From the NCBI GenBank assembly GCA_963749705.1, contig CAVVNQ010000003.1, forward strand, positions 128,001 through 192,000: 64,000 bases of DNA. Reading direction: 5' to 3'. Under the pieces are notes generated by a model. That model saw only the letters and a program-made list of their open reading frames with translations, was not told where the DNA came from and ran no database searches. A program made the position numbers and the translations under genes. The stretch comes from an uncultured Chloroflexia bacterium (lineage in GTDB: Bacteria > Chloroflexota > Limnocylindria > Limnocylindrales > CSP1-4). Shown here piece after piece: positions 13,239 to 22,584 of the stretch (its first letter is position 1; each line of letters opens with the position of its first letter).

Positions 13239-13835
13239 TCAGGCGAGCGGGCGCCACCCGGCGCCGTCCCATTCGGCGACCGCCTGCACCGCGTCGGCTC
13301 CCTCGACCGAGCGCTGACGCCCCGCGGCGGTCGCGACGGTCTCGCCCCAATCCGGCGGCGTGAGGCCGGGCACGAGATCGGACAGCGGGGCGAGCACGAA
13401 CAGTCGATGGCGCGCCTCGCGGTGCGGCACGGTCAGCGGAAGCGCCGCCTTGTCGGGATCCGCGCTTCGTGCGCCCGCCGGTCGGTCGACCTCGATGACA
13501 TGGCGGCCGAACACCAGCAGGTCGAGATCGACCTCACGCGGACCCCAGTGCCGGCGCGGCCGGCGGCCGAGGGCATGCTCGAGACCCTTGAGCGCGATCA
13601 GCAGGGCGACGGCACCCTCGTCGGGCGAGTGACCCGACGGGACGTCCAGCGCCACCGCCGCGTTGCTGAACCGGGGCTGGTCCAGGACACCGACCGGCGT
13701 GGTGGCATACAGGCGCGACACCCCGGCGAGCCGGGCGCCGGGGAGCGCGGCAAGCGCCCGGACGGCGGCGGCCAGCGTTGCCGGAGCGTCGCCGACGTTG
13801 GCGCCGAGCCCGATGTATGCCCGCACACGGCCCAC
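13239..13835 (-). CDS. folK: 2-amino-4-hydroxy-6-hydroxymethyldihydropteridine diphosphokinase (HPPK)
   Basis: AYIGLGANVG, QPRFSNA, WGPREVDLDLL, LTVPH...RLFVLAPL; GGAGG RBS before GTG 13835. Confidence 0.92.
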   Translation of the reverse strand: MGRVRAYIGLGANVGDAPATLAAAVRALAALPGARLAGVSRLYATTPVGVLDQPRFSNAAVALDVPSGHSPDEGAVALLIALKGLEHALGRRPRRHWGPREVDLDLLVFGRHVIEVDRPAGARSADPDKAALPLTVPHREARHRLFVLAPLSDLVPGLTPPDWGETVATAAGRQRSVEGADAVQAVAEWDGAGWRPLA

Positions 13836-13871
13836 GGCCGGAACCCTCCGCGTCGCTAGACTCGACCGGTC

Positions 13872-14963
13872 ATGCCGCCGGTCACCGTCCTCGTCCTCGC
13901 TCCCGCCCCGGCGGTCGACGCCGGACCCCTGGAGCGCGGCCTCGATGCGGCCCGCGCGGACCTCGCCGAGTGGCACCGCGCCGGGTTCCTCGCGGCCGGC
14001 GCCTCGGAGGTGATCGTCCGGCGGGAGCCGCCCGACGATACTCCATTCGGGGCACGGCTCCGCCGGCTCGCCGGCGAGCTGCGACCGGCGGGCCTGGTGG
14101 TGCTCGGCGCGGGCGCCATGCCCCTCGCGACGTCGGCGGACAGGCGTGCATTCGTCGCCGTTGCCGCGGGGACGGCGCCGGCTGCCCTGGCAAACCAGCG
14201 GTACTCGGCCGACGCGATCGCGCTCGCGTGCGCCGGATCGATCCTCGCCGGCATCCCGGACCTTGCGTCGGACAACGCCCTGCCGCGCTGGCTGGTGGAG
14301 GTCGCCGGGGTCGAGGTGGCGGACCTGGCCCGGAGGCGCCGGCTGGCGATGGACGTCGACTCGCCGCTGGACCTGCTGCTGCTCGATGGAGCGCGCGGCG
14401 CGGCGCACGTGTCGCTGCCGTCCGATGCCGACTCGGCGCCGGTCCGGGCCCGGCTGGCGGCGCTGCGCGCCGTCGCCGACGACCCGGCCGGCGAGATCCT
14501 GGTCGCCGGACGCACGTCCGCATCGGACATCGGCTGGCTCGAGCGAGCGACGCGGTCGAGGACGCGGGCGCTGGTCGAGGAACGTGGCCTCCGAACGGCC
14601 GAGGCCGCGACACAGCTCGGTCGCCCCAACCGCAGGCCGCCGCGCAGCATCCTGGGGACGCTCCTCGACGCCGACGGGCCCGAAAGCCTCGGCCGGCATG
14701 CCGGTTCGCTCGCCGACGGCGCCCTGATCGACACCCGGGTCCTGCTCGCGCACCGGCTGGGACCCGATGAGCGCGCCTGGCCGCGCCCCGAGGACCGGTA
14801 CGCGAGCGACCTCCTGCTCCCCGATCGCGTCCGCGATCCGTGGCTGCGCGCGCTGACCGCCGCCGCCGCCGGTGCCGGCATCCCCATCCAGCTCGGCGGA
14901 CACGCGCTGGTGGGTCCCGGCGTTCGGCTTGCGCTTCGTCGTCCCGGATCCGGCCGTGGATGA
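13872..14963 (+). CDS. Conserved hypothetical protein, possible CofC-like nucleotidyltransferase fold
   Basis: LAMDVDSPLDL resembles the DVDTxxDL motif of CofC/MobA-like proteins; TAGACT -10 just upstream; function uncertain. Confidence 0.5.
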   Translation: MPPVTVLVLAPAPAVDAGPLERGLDAARADLAEWHRAGFLAAGASEVIVRREPPDDTPFGARLRRLAGELRPAGLVVLGAGAMPLATSADRRAFVAVAAGTAPAALANQRYSADAIALACAGSILAGIPDLASDNALPRWLVEVAGVEVADLARRRRLAMDVDSPLDLLLLDGARGAAHVSLPSDADSAPVRARLAALRAVADDPAGEILVAGRTSASDIGWLERATRSRTRALVEERGLRTAEAATQLGRPNRRPPRSILGTLLDADGPESLGRHAGSLADGALIDTRVLLAHRLGPDERAWPRPEDRYASDLLLPDRVRDPWLRALTAAAAGAGIPIQLGGHALVGPGVRLALRRPGSGRG

Positions 14964-16167
14964 CGACACCGCCCTGGCCGGGCTGCGCCTGATCCGTGAC
15001 CCGCTCCCCGACCCGGAGTCGGTGGGGGAGGACGAGGAGCTGATCGCGCGCATCCGGGAGGAGATCGGGACCGCCGGCCCGATCACCGTTGCCCGGTTCA
15101 TGGAGCGCGCCCTGTACGAGCCGGATCACGGCTACTACCGTCGAGCCGCGGCCGGGCCGGGCCGGGCCGGGGACTTCCTCACCGCTCCCGAGACCCACCC
15201 GCTGTTCGGGGCGGCGGTGGGACGCCTGCTCGAACAGGCCTGGCAGGCACTGGGTCGTCCGGTGCCGTTCACCGTCACCGAGCCGGGCGCGGGCACGGGG
15301 ATGCTGGCGGCCGGGCTGCTGGGCGGGTTGCGGGACCTCGGGTCGCCGTTGTTCGAGGCGATCCGCTATCGCCCGGTCGAGGTGGAGCCCGAGCGCCTGG
15401 CCGCGCTGCGCACCCGGCTGATCGAAGATGGGCTGGCCGAGCGCCTGCACGCGGAGCCGCCCGGATCGAGCGGCGAGACGGGCGCCGTGGTCGCCAACGA
15501 GGTGCTGGACGCGCTGCCGGTCCACCGCGTGATCGGGCGCCAGGGGGCCCTGCGCGAGCTTCTCATCGACGTTCGGGACGGGGCGTTCGTCCAGGTGGAG
15601 GCCGAGCTGACGGATCCGCGACTCGCCACGCGGCTGGAGGCCGAGCAGGTCGCGATCGGCGAGGGCCAGGTCACCGAGGTATGCCTGGCCATCGAGCCCT
15701 GGCTCGCAGACGCGACGGCCCATCTCGCGCGGGGCATCGTCGTGCTCGTCGACTACGCGGCGGAGCCCGCCGAGCTCCACGGACCAGGCCGGCCTGCCGG
15801 GACCCTGCGGTCGTTCGCGCGCCACGCGGTCGGTGGCGATCCGTTGCGCCACGTCGGTCGCCAGGACCTGACGGCGACCGTGGACCTGGCGGCGGTGCGC
15901 ATGGCCGCGGCGGCCGCGGGCCTCGAGCCGGTGGGCGAGACGACGCAGGCGGAGCTGCTCGCGGCAGTGGGCTCCGGCGAGCTCGTCCAGGCGTTCCTTG
16001 CGCGACCCGGGGCGAGCCTCGGGGATGCCCTCGAGCTCCGTTCGGCGCTGGTGCGCCTCATGGATACGCGTGGCATGGGCGGCTTTCGCGTGCTCGCCTA
16101 CGGTCGCGGGCTGCCTCCCCGGGTCACGCTCCCGGGACTTGCCCGGATCGCCCGGCGCCCCGGGTAG
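14956..16167 (+). CDS. SAM-dependent methyltransferase, MidA/NDUFAF7 family
   Basis: GPITVARFMERALYEPDHGYY, GDFLTAPE, EPGAGTG, ANEVLDALP, QDLTATVD. Confidence 0.9.
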   Translation: MDDDTALAGLRLIRDPLPDPESVGEDEELIARIREEIGTAGPITVARFMERALYEPDHGYYRRAAAGPGRAGDFLTAPETHPLFGAAVGRLLEQAWQALGRPVPFTVTEPGAGTGMLAAGLLGGLRDLGSPLFEAIRYRPVEVEPERLAALRTRLIEDGLAERLHAEPPGSSGETGAVVANEVLDALPVHRVIGRQGALRELLIDVRDGAFVQVEAELTDPRLATRLEAEQVAIGEGQVTEVCLAIEPWLADATAHLARGIVVLVDYAAEPAELHGPGRPAGTLRSFARHAVGGDPLRHVGRQDLTATVDLAAVRMAAAAAGLEPVGETTQAELLAAVGSGELVQAFLARPGASLGDALELRSALVRLMDTRGMGGFRVLAYGRGLPPRVTLPGLARIARRPG

Positions 16168-16213
16168 GCGCCACCGGCGCGACGGCTCGCATCGGCCGTC
16201 GCCGGTACGCCGC

Positions 16214-16222
16214 TGCTAGAAT
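16214..16222 (+). promoter_or_regulatory. Extended -10 promoter of the nuo operon
   Basis: TGcTAGAAT about 105 bp upstream of nuoA. Confidence 0.55.
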
Positions 16223-16327
16223 GCTCGTGCCGTGCTTCGCATGCACCAGCGCGGCACGCCCAGCGCCACCACTTCGACCGGGTGCCGACAAACCCCCTCG
16301 TCGGACCCGCTCGACACCGAGGACCAC

Positions 16328-16684
16328 GTGACCGGGATCTGGTACGTCGTCGGGTTCGCCTTCGCCGGCGTCTCGTTCGTCTTCCTGACGATCGGGCTGG
16401 CGTGGCTGATCTCGCATCGATCGCGAGGTGACCGACACAAGGGCTATCCGTACGAGTCGGGCATCGACACGTACGGCGACACCCATGCCCGCTTCGGCAT
16501 CTCGTTCTACATCTATGCGCTGCTGTTCGTCGCGTTCGACATCGAGGTCGTGTTCATCTACCTGTGGGCGCTGGTCTTCCGGGACCTGCTGCTGGGCGGC
16601 TTCGTGAGCATGCTGATCTTCGTGGGGATCCTGCTCGTCGGGCTCGCGTACGCCTGGCGCAAGGGGGTGCTCACATGGCGATGA
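16328..16684 (+). CDS. nuoA: NADH-quinone oxidoreductase subunit A
   Basis: PYESGI, FYIYALLFVAFDIE, YAWRKGVLTW; GAGG RBS before GTG. Confidence 0.95.
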   Translation: MTGIWYVVGFAFAGVSFVFLTIGLAWLISHRSRGDRHKGYPYESGIDTYGDTHARFGISFYIYALLFVAFDIEVVFIYLWALVFRDLLLGGFVSMLIFVGILLVGLAYAWRKGVLTWR

Positions 16685-17436
16685 CCCCGCCCGGTCCGGA
16701 CGACCGGGAGCTCGGCGCCGGGCCGGACGGCGGAACCGAGACATCCGAGCCCACCGGCCAGCGTCCCTCATCGCTCGTCAGCGCCACGCCGCGCGACCTC
16801 ACCCAGCCGATCGTGGTGCCCAACACGTTGTGGACGTCGACCCGCCCCGAGGCGTACGGCGGCGGGCTGCCGACCGAGGACACGCACCTGCGCGAGCTGG
16901 TGGGATCGCCGCTCGTGACCAGGGACGATGCGCGCTGGGGCGCGCTCGACGTCATCCCCACGAAGGCCGACCTGATCCTGGACCTGATCCGGATGAACAG
17001 CCTGTGGCCGCTCCTGTCCGGGCTCGCGTGCTGCGCCTTCGAGATGATGTCGGCCGCGACGTCCAAGAACGACATGGACCGCTGGGGCATGTTCCCGTTC
17101 CGCGCCTCGCCCCGGCAGGCGGACGTGCTGATCGTTGCCGGGACCCTGACGACCAAGATGGCCGGCCCCCTGATCCGCCTGTGGGAGCAGATGCCGGAGC
17201 CCAAGTGGTGCGTGGCGATGGGCGACTGCACCTGCTCCGGTGGCCGCTACAAGCGCAGCTACTCGACCATCGAGGGGATCGACCGGGTGATGCCGGTCGA
17301 CGTCTACGTGCCCGGTTGCCCGCCCCGGCCGGAAGGCCTGATCTACGGGATGCTCAAGCTCGGGCAGCTGGTCAAGGAGCGCCGCGGGGAATGGCCGGAT
17401 CGCCCGATCGGACCCTCAGTTCCGGAGGACGTCTGA
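16681..17436 (+). CDS. nuoB: NADH-quinone oxidoreductase subunit B (N-terminally extended)
   Basis: GLACCAFEMM, RASPRQAD, MGDC, DVYVPGCPPRPE (N2 ligands); ATGA overlap with nuoA. Confidence 0.96.
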   Translation: MTPPGPDDRELGAGPDGGTETSEPTGQRPSSLVSATPRDLTQPIVVPNTLWTSTRPEAYGGGLPTEDTHLRELVGSPLVTRDDARWGALDVIPTKADLILDLIRMNSLWPLLSGLACCAFEMMSAATSKNDMDRWGMFPFRASPRQADVLIVAGTLTTKMAGPLIRLWEQMPEPKWCVAMGDCTCSGGRYKRSYSTIEGIDRVMPVDVYVPGCPPRPEGLIYGMLKLGQLVKERRGEWPDRPIGPSVPEDV

Positions 17437-17437
17437 C

Positions 17438-17986
17438 GTGGACCGGAGCCTCCGCAAGCGACTCGAGGCGCACTTTGGCGAGCGCCTGACGGGCCCGGTC
17501 CGCCAGCGCCACGACGAGACCGAGATCAGGATCCGCCCGGCCGACGTGACCCAGGTCATGCGAGACCTCCATGACGACCCGGCGTTCGGCTTCGAGATCC
17601 TCGCCGACCTCGCCGGCGTCGACACCGGAACGGACATGCAGGTCGTCTACCACCTGTGGTCGCCGCTCACGCCGGACTGGCTGCGGATCATCGCGGTCGG
17701 CATGCCGCGCGACGACCCGCGCGTCCCGTCCCTCACCGGCCTGTGGCCGGGCGCGGAGTGGATGGAGCGCGAGACGTACGACATGTTCGGGATCATCTTC
17801 GAGGGCAACCGGGACCTGCGGCGCATCTACATGCCACCCGACTACACGAGCTTTCCGCTGCGCAAGGACTTCTACCTTGCCGATGACGCGGCCCGGTCGC
17901 CCGGGGCCGGCGTCCGGCACATGGAGCAGACGCAGGTTCCCAACCAGGCGACGCCGTCGGTCGTCCGCCGGACCGTGAAGGCCTGA
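17438..17986 (+). CDS. nuoC: NADH-quinone oxidoreductase subunit C
   Basis: WPGAEWMERETYDMFGIIFEG, PLRKDF. Confidence 0.95.
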   Translation: MDRSLRKRLEAHFGERLTGPVRQRHDETEIRIRPADVTQVMRDLHDDPAFGFEILADLAGVDTGTDMQVVYHLWSPLTPDWLRIIAVGMPRDDPRVPSLTGLWPGAEWMERETYDMFGIIFEGNRDLRRIYMPPDYTSFPLRKDFYLADDAARSPGAGVRHMEQTQVPNQATPSVVRRTVKA

Positions 17987-17987
17987 C

Positions 17988-19226
17988 ATGACCGCCCCCA
18001 CCACCCCCCGCCAGCACCCGTCCGCGGACGATCCGCGGATCATGCTCGACGACCAGATCGGCGCGTTCGAGACCATTCCGCCGTACCCGCCGCGCACGGA
18101 ACGAGAATCCGAGTTCTTCGCGCTGGGCGACGGCGAGATGTTCCTCAACATGGGACCTCACCACCCGTCCACGCACGGCGTGCTCCGGGTCGTGCTCAAG
18201 ATCAACGGCGAGCAGGTCGTGGACCTGGACCCGGTCCTGGGGTACCTCCACCGCGGCGTCGAGAAGCTGTGCGAGAACTCGGACTACCACCACATCATCA
18301 GCCAGGTCGACCCGCTCGAGTACGTGAGCTCGCTGTTCTGCGAGTGGGCCCCGGTCATGTCGTTCGAGAAGCTCCTGGACGTCCAGGTTCCGCGCCGGGC
18401 CGAGTACATCCGGGTCCTCACCGGCGAGCTCCTGCGCATCTCCAGCCACGTCCTGTTCCAGGGGTTCATGGCCCTGGACCTGGGCGGCCTGACGCCGATC
18501 CTGTACGGCTTCATCGAGCGCGACGAGATCGTGGAGATGCTGGCCGCGGTCACGGGCCAGCGGATGCTGTTCAACTACTTCCGCATCGGCGGGGTCAACG
18601 GCGACCTCAACCACGAGTTCATGTCCCGGCTGGGTGACTGGATGAGCCGGGCGCTGACCCAGGCGGAGGCGAACGCCGGGCTGCTCAACGAGAACGAGAT
18701 CTTCGTCCGCCGGATGCGGGACATCGGCAGGCTCGACCGCGAGACGGCGCTGCGGATGGGCGTCACCGGCCCCAACCTGCGCGCCGCGGGCGTCGCCTAT
18801 GACCTCCGCCGGGCCCACCCGTACTCCGTCTACCCGGAGCTCGAGTTCGACATCCCGACACGTGGCGCCGAGCGCGGTGGCGACAGCCTCGACCGCTACC
18901 TGCTGCGCCTCGACGAGATCAAGCAGAGCCTGCGGATCATCGACCAGTGCCTCCACAACATGCCCGATGGACCGGTCATGGCCAAGCTGCCGCGGCTGCT
19001 GCGGCCGCGCCCGGGCCGGGCCTGGGCCGCGGTCGAGGCCCCCCGCGGCCTGTTCGGGACGTACGCGGTCTCGGATGGCACCGACCAGCCGTTCCGGCTC
19101 AAGATCCACGACCCCTCGTTCGTCAACCTCCAGCTGGTCCCGCTGCTCGTGAAGGGCAACCTGATCGCCGACACGATGGCCGTGATGTCCTCGCTGGATC
19201 CGATCATGGGCGGCGTCGACAAGTGA
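17988..19226 (+). CDS. nuoD: NADH-quinone oxidoreductase subunit D
   Basis: NMGPHHPSTHGVLR, GYLHRGVEK, EAPRG, DPIMGGVDK; no NiFe CxxC motifs. Confidence 0.96.
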   Translation: MTAPTTPRQHPSADDPRIMLDDQIGAFETIPPYPPRTERESEFFALGDGEMFLNMGPHHPSTHGVLRVVLKINGEQVVDLDPVLGYLHRGVEKLCENSDYHHIISQVDPLEYVSSLFCEWAPVMSFEKLLDVQVPRRAEYIRVLTGELLRISSHVLFQGFMALDLGGLTPILYGFIERDEIVEMLAAVTGQRMLFNYFRIGGVNGDLNHEFMSRLGDWMSRALTQAEANAGLLNENEIFVRRMRDIGRLDRETALRMGVTGPNLRAAGVAYDLRRAHPYSVYPELEFDIPTRGAERGGDSLDRYLLRLDEIKQSLRIIDQCLHNMPDGPVMAKLPRLLRPRPGRAWAAVEAPRGLFGTYAVSDGTDQPFRLKIHDPSFVNLQLVPLLVKGNLIADTMAVMSSLDPIMGGVDK

Positions 19227-20575
19227 CCACGCTCAACCGCGCCTGGGGCAACCTGACCGTGACCGGCAAGGTCCTGCTGCCGCTGCTGTTCCTGGTGCTG
19301 GTCGCGGGTCCGATCCTGATCGTGCTGATCGCCCAGTTCGTGGCGCCGTTCCTGGTGGACCTGCTGGGCGCGAACCTGGACATCGTCCGGTTCGTCGTCG
19401 CGGTCACGGGCGTGCTGGTGTTCAGCATCCCGACCGCGTTCATCATCATCTACATGGAGCTCAAGGTCATCGCCCGGATGAACCTGCGGATCGGGCCCAA
19501 CCGGATCGGGCCGGCCGGAGCCGCGATGTCCGTGGTGCACGGGCTCAAGGTCCTCATGAAGGAGGACTTCACGCCGACCGGCGCCGACCACCTGGTGTTC
19601 ACGATCGCACCGGTGATCGTGTTCCTGACCGCCGTCATGACCTTCCTGGTCATCCCGTTCGGGCCCGGGCTCGTCGGGCAGGACTTCAACATCGGCCTGC
19701 TGTACCTGTTCGCGGTCGGTGGCATGAGCGTCGTCGGCCTGCTGATCGCCGGCTGGGCGAGCACCAACAAGTACTCGCTGCTGGGCGGCCTCCGTGCGGC
19801 GGCACAGGTCGTGAGCTACGAGATCCCGCTCACGCTGTCCGTCGTCGGCCTCATCCTGCTGGCGGGCACGATGAGCCTCAACCAGATCGCGGGGCAGCAG
19901 GCGGGCTGGTTCACGGACTGGTTCGTGTTCCGCCAGCCGCTGGGGGCGCTGATCTTCTTCATCGCGGCCACCGCCGAGGCGAACCGAACCCCGTTCGACC
20001 TGTCCGAAGCGGACTCGGAGATCGTGGCCGGCTTCGCGACCGAGTACTCGGGGATGCGGTTCGGGTTCCTTTTCTTCGCCGAGTACGTCAACGTGTTCAT
20101 CATCTCGGCGCTGCTGGTGACCCTGTTCTTCGGCGCCTGGAACGCGCCGTTCCCGTTCCCGCAGGTCGAGGTCGCCCTCGATCCGGGCACGCTGGGGATC
20201 GGCCTGCTGATCCTGATCGCCGCGGCCCCGGTGGTGCTGACCCTGGTGTTCGCCGCGCCGATCTACCTCATGCGCAGCTCCACCCCCGCCTGGCAGGCGC
20301 TGGTGCTCGGCTTCGTGATGTTCAACGTGGTCGCCATCGGCGCCGTGTTCGGCATCGCGTATGCCGGGCTCGACTGGATGGCCGGCCTCGTGTGGTTCAT
20401 GGGCAAGTCGTACGTGTTCGTGTTCGTGTTCGTGTGGATGCGCGCCACGTTCCCGCGCGTGCGCATCGACCAGCTGATGGGGTTCGCCTGGAAGTGGCTG
20501 CTGCCCGCGGCGCTGCTCAACCTGTTCGTGACGGCCGCGGCGATCGTGGTCGTCGACACGCTGAAGGCCGGCTGA
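19223..20575 (+). CDS. nuoH: NADH-quinone oxidoreductase subunit H (enlarged, ~450 aa)
   Basis: RIGPNRIG, KYSLLGGLRAAAQVVSYE, AEANRTPFDLSEADSEIVAG, PRVRIDQLM; GTGA overlap with nuoD. Confidence 0.95.
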   Translation: MTTLNRAWGNLTVTGKVLLPLLFLVLVAGPILIVLIAQFVAPFLVDLLGANLDIVRFVVAVTGVLVFSIPTAFIIIYMELKVIARMNLRIGPNRIGPAGAAMSVVHGLKVLMKEDFTPTGADHLVFTIAPVIVFLTAVMTFLVIPFGPGLVGQDFNIGLLYLFAVGGMSVVGLLIAGWASTNKYSLLGGLRAAAQVVSYEIPLTLSVVGLILLAGTMSLNQIAGQQAGWFTDWFVFRQPLGALIFFIAATAEANRTPFDLSEADSEIVAGFATEYSGMRFGFLFFAEYVNVFIISALLVTLFFGAWNAPFPFPQVEVALDPGTLGIGLLILIAAAPVVLTLVFAAPIYLMRSSTPAWQALVLGFVMFNVVAIGAVFGIAYAGLDWMAGLVWFMGKSYVFVFVFVWMRATFPRVRIDQLMGFAWKWLLPAALLNLFVTAAAIVVVDTLKAG

Positions 20576-20579
20576 GCCG

Positions 20580-21245
20580 ATGAGCATGATCCCCGGCATG
20601 GGCCTGGTCCGCGGCATGAGCCTGACGCTGCGGCGGTTCTTCGCGCCCAAGGCGACCATCCAGTGGCCCGAGGTCCGCGCGGACGTCGCGCCCAAGTTCC
20701 GCGGCCGGCTGCAGCTCCTCTACGACGAGTACGGCACGCTCAAGTGCGAGACCTGCTTCCAGTGCGCCCAGGCCTGCCCGATCGAGTGCATCGACATGGG
20801 TGGCATCGACACCAAGGGCCGCTTCCACGTCCACTGGGGCGCACCCGAGACGTACGACGAGCGGCGCGAGGAATCGGCGATGCGACGCGCCGGGCGACCG
20901 GTTGCCGACGCCGCGTTCACCCGCTTCGAGGGGATCGACCTCGCCCCGCTCGACGCGATCCTCGAGGCGCACGACTACGACCCCAAGGACATGCTCGCGA
21001 TCCTCGAGGAGACACAGGCCGAGTACGGCTACCTGCCGGTCGCGTCGCTCAAGCACATCTCGCGGGTGACGGGCGCCTGGTACGCGATGATCTACGGCAC
21101 CGCGACGTACTACCGGCACCTGCGGTTCGAGCCGCCCGCGGTCGACGACGCGCCGGCGGCCGGCGAGGCGCACCTGGCCGCGGAGCAGGCCTACCGGTCG
21201 TCGCTCGGCGCCTCGCTGGGCTATGGCGACGGGGGCGCACGCTGA
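20580..21245 (+). CDS. Fusion of NuoI N-terminal half and NuoE-like N-terminal helical domain
   Basis: GMSLTLRRFF...TIQWPE...FRGR...CETCFQCAQACP (single ferredoxin motif), then MLAILEETQAEYGYLP...IYGTATYY; no NuoE [2Fe-2S] cysteines. Confidence 0.85.
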   Translation: MSMIPGMGLVRGMSLTLRRFFAPKATIQWPEVRADVAPKFRGRLQLLYDEYGTLKCETCFQCAQACPIECIDMGGIDTKGRFHVHWGAPETYDERREESAMRRAGRPVADAAFTRFEGIDLAPLDAILEAHDYDPKDMLAILEETQAEYGYLPVASLKHISRVTGAWYAMIYGTATYYRHLRFEPPAVDDAPAAGEAHLAAEQAYRSSLGASLGYGDGGAR

Positions 21246-22573
21246 TGGCCCCGTTCCTCACCACGCCGCCGGACTGGCCCCGGATCCTCACCGGTCGCGC
21301 GGACGCGATCTCGGCGGATCCGTCGGACCTCGACGCCGCGGTCGCCGCCGGCGCGTTCGACGGCCTGAGGGTCGCGGTTCGCGACCTGGGCGCCACGGGA
21401 ACGATCGCCACGATCGCCGCGTCCGGACTGCGCGGCCGCGGCGGCGGCGGCTTCCCCACCGCCCGCAAGTGGCGCGCGGCCGCCGGACGTCCCGTGGACC
21501 AGCGATACGTGGTGGCCAACGGCTACGGCGCGGACCCCGCGGTCCGGACCGACGCGACGCTGATGGCCGCCGATCCGTGGGCGGTCATCGAGGGCCTGGT
21601 CATCGCGGCCTTCGCCACCGGCGCGACCGAGGCCATCATCGCGGTCCGCGCCGAGGATGCCGCCCTGATCACGCTGCTCGAGGGCGCCGCCGCGGCGGCG
21701 GAGGAGGCCGGCTTCGCCGGCGATGACGTGCTCGGCTCCCGCCATCGCGTGGGGATCACGATCCGTCCCGTCCAGGGCGCGTACATGCTGGGCGAGGAGA
21801 CGGTGCTGCTCAAGGCGCTCGAGGGACGGCGCGGCCAGCCCGAGCAGCGACCGCCGTACCCCACCGAGCGGGGCCTGTTCGGCAAGCCGACGGTGGTCAA
21901 CAACATCCAGACGCTGGCCGCGGTCCCGTGGATCGTGAAGCAGGGCGGACCGGCGTACGCCGCGATCGGCAGCCCGGCGAGCCCGGGCACCATGCTGGTC
22001 CAGCTCCGCGGCCCCCAGGGGGCGGGCATCGCGGAGGTCCCGCTCGGGACGCCGTTGCGCGACCTGGTCGAGCTCGCCGGCGGGACCGGCAAGCACACCC
22101 TGAAGGCCGTCCTGGTCGGCGGCCCGACGGGCGGGCTGCTGCCACCCGGGATGCTCGACACGCCGTTCGAGTTCGACGCGCTGCGTGCCGCCGGCGCCCA
22201 CATCGGCTCCGGCTCGGTGGTCGTGGCCGACGAGCGCGCCTGCATCGTGGACCTCGCGCGTCTCCTGACCCGGTTCTCCGCCGACGAGGCGTGCGGCAAG
22301 TCGATCCCCTGCCGGATCGGCCTCCGCCGCCTGTACGAGATCGGCGAACGCGTCGCATCCGGGCGGCCGCTGCCGACCGACGCCACGCTCATCGAGGACC
22401 TCGCCCACGACGTGGCCGCCTCCGGCCTGTGCGACCACGAGCGCCTGGCGACCCTGCCGTTCACCAGCGGGATGCGATACTTCCGCTCCGAGATCGATGA
22501 CCACATTCTCCGCAGCTCCTGCCCCGCCGGCGTGTGTCAGCCGATCGCGGTGGCGGCGGGCGCCGCGCACTAG
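21245..22573 (+). CDS. nuoF: NuoF/HydB-like flavoprotein subunit (degenerate)
   Basis: SGLRGRGGGGFPT, GAYMLGEET, PPYP...GKPTVVNN, GGPTGG, CGKSIPCRIG, C-terminal HxxxxxCPAGVC. Confidence 0.85.
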   Translation: MAPFLTTPPDWPRILTGRADAISADPSDLDAAVAAGAFDGLRVAVRDLGATGTIATIAASGLRGRGGGGFPTARKWRAAAGRPVDQRYVVANGYGADPAVRTDATLMAADPWAVIEGLVIAAFATGATEAIIAVRAEDAALITLLEGAAAAAEEAGFAGDDVLGSRHRVGITIRPVQGAYMLGEETVLLKALEGRRGQPEQRPPYPTERGLFGKPTVVNNIQTLAAVPWIVKQGGPAYAAIGSPASPGTMLVQLRGPQGAGIAEVPLGTPLRDLVELAGGTGKHTLKAVLVGGPTGGLLPPGMLDTPFEFDALRAAGAHIGSGSVVVADERACIVDLARLLTRFSADEACGKSIPCRIGLRRLYEIGERVASGRPLPTDATLIEDLAHDVAASGLCDHERLATLPFTSGMRYFRSEIDDHILRSSCPAGVCQPIAVAAGAAH

Positions 22574-22584
22574 GACCCGAGCGA

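Noticed and set aside
20580-21245. Frameshifted nuoI pseudogene
   Set aside because: No second ferredoxin motif in adjacent frames; the ORF continues in frame into a NuoE-like domain and the missing half is found near 24886-25030
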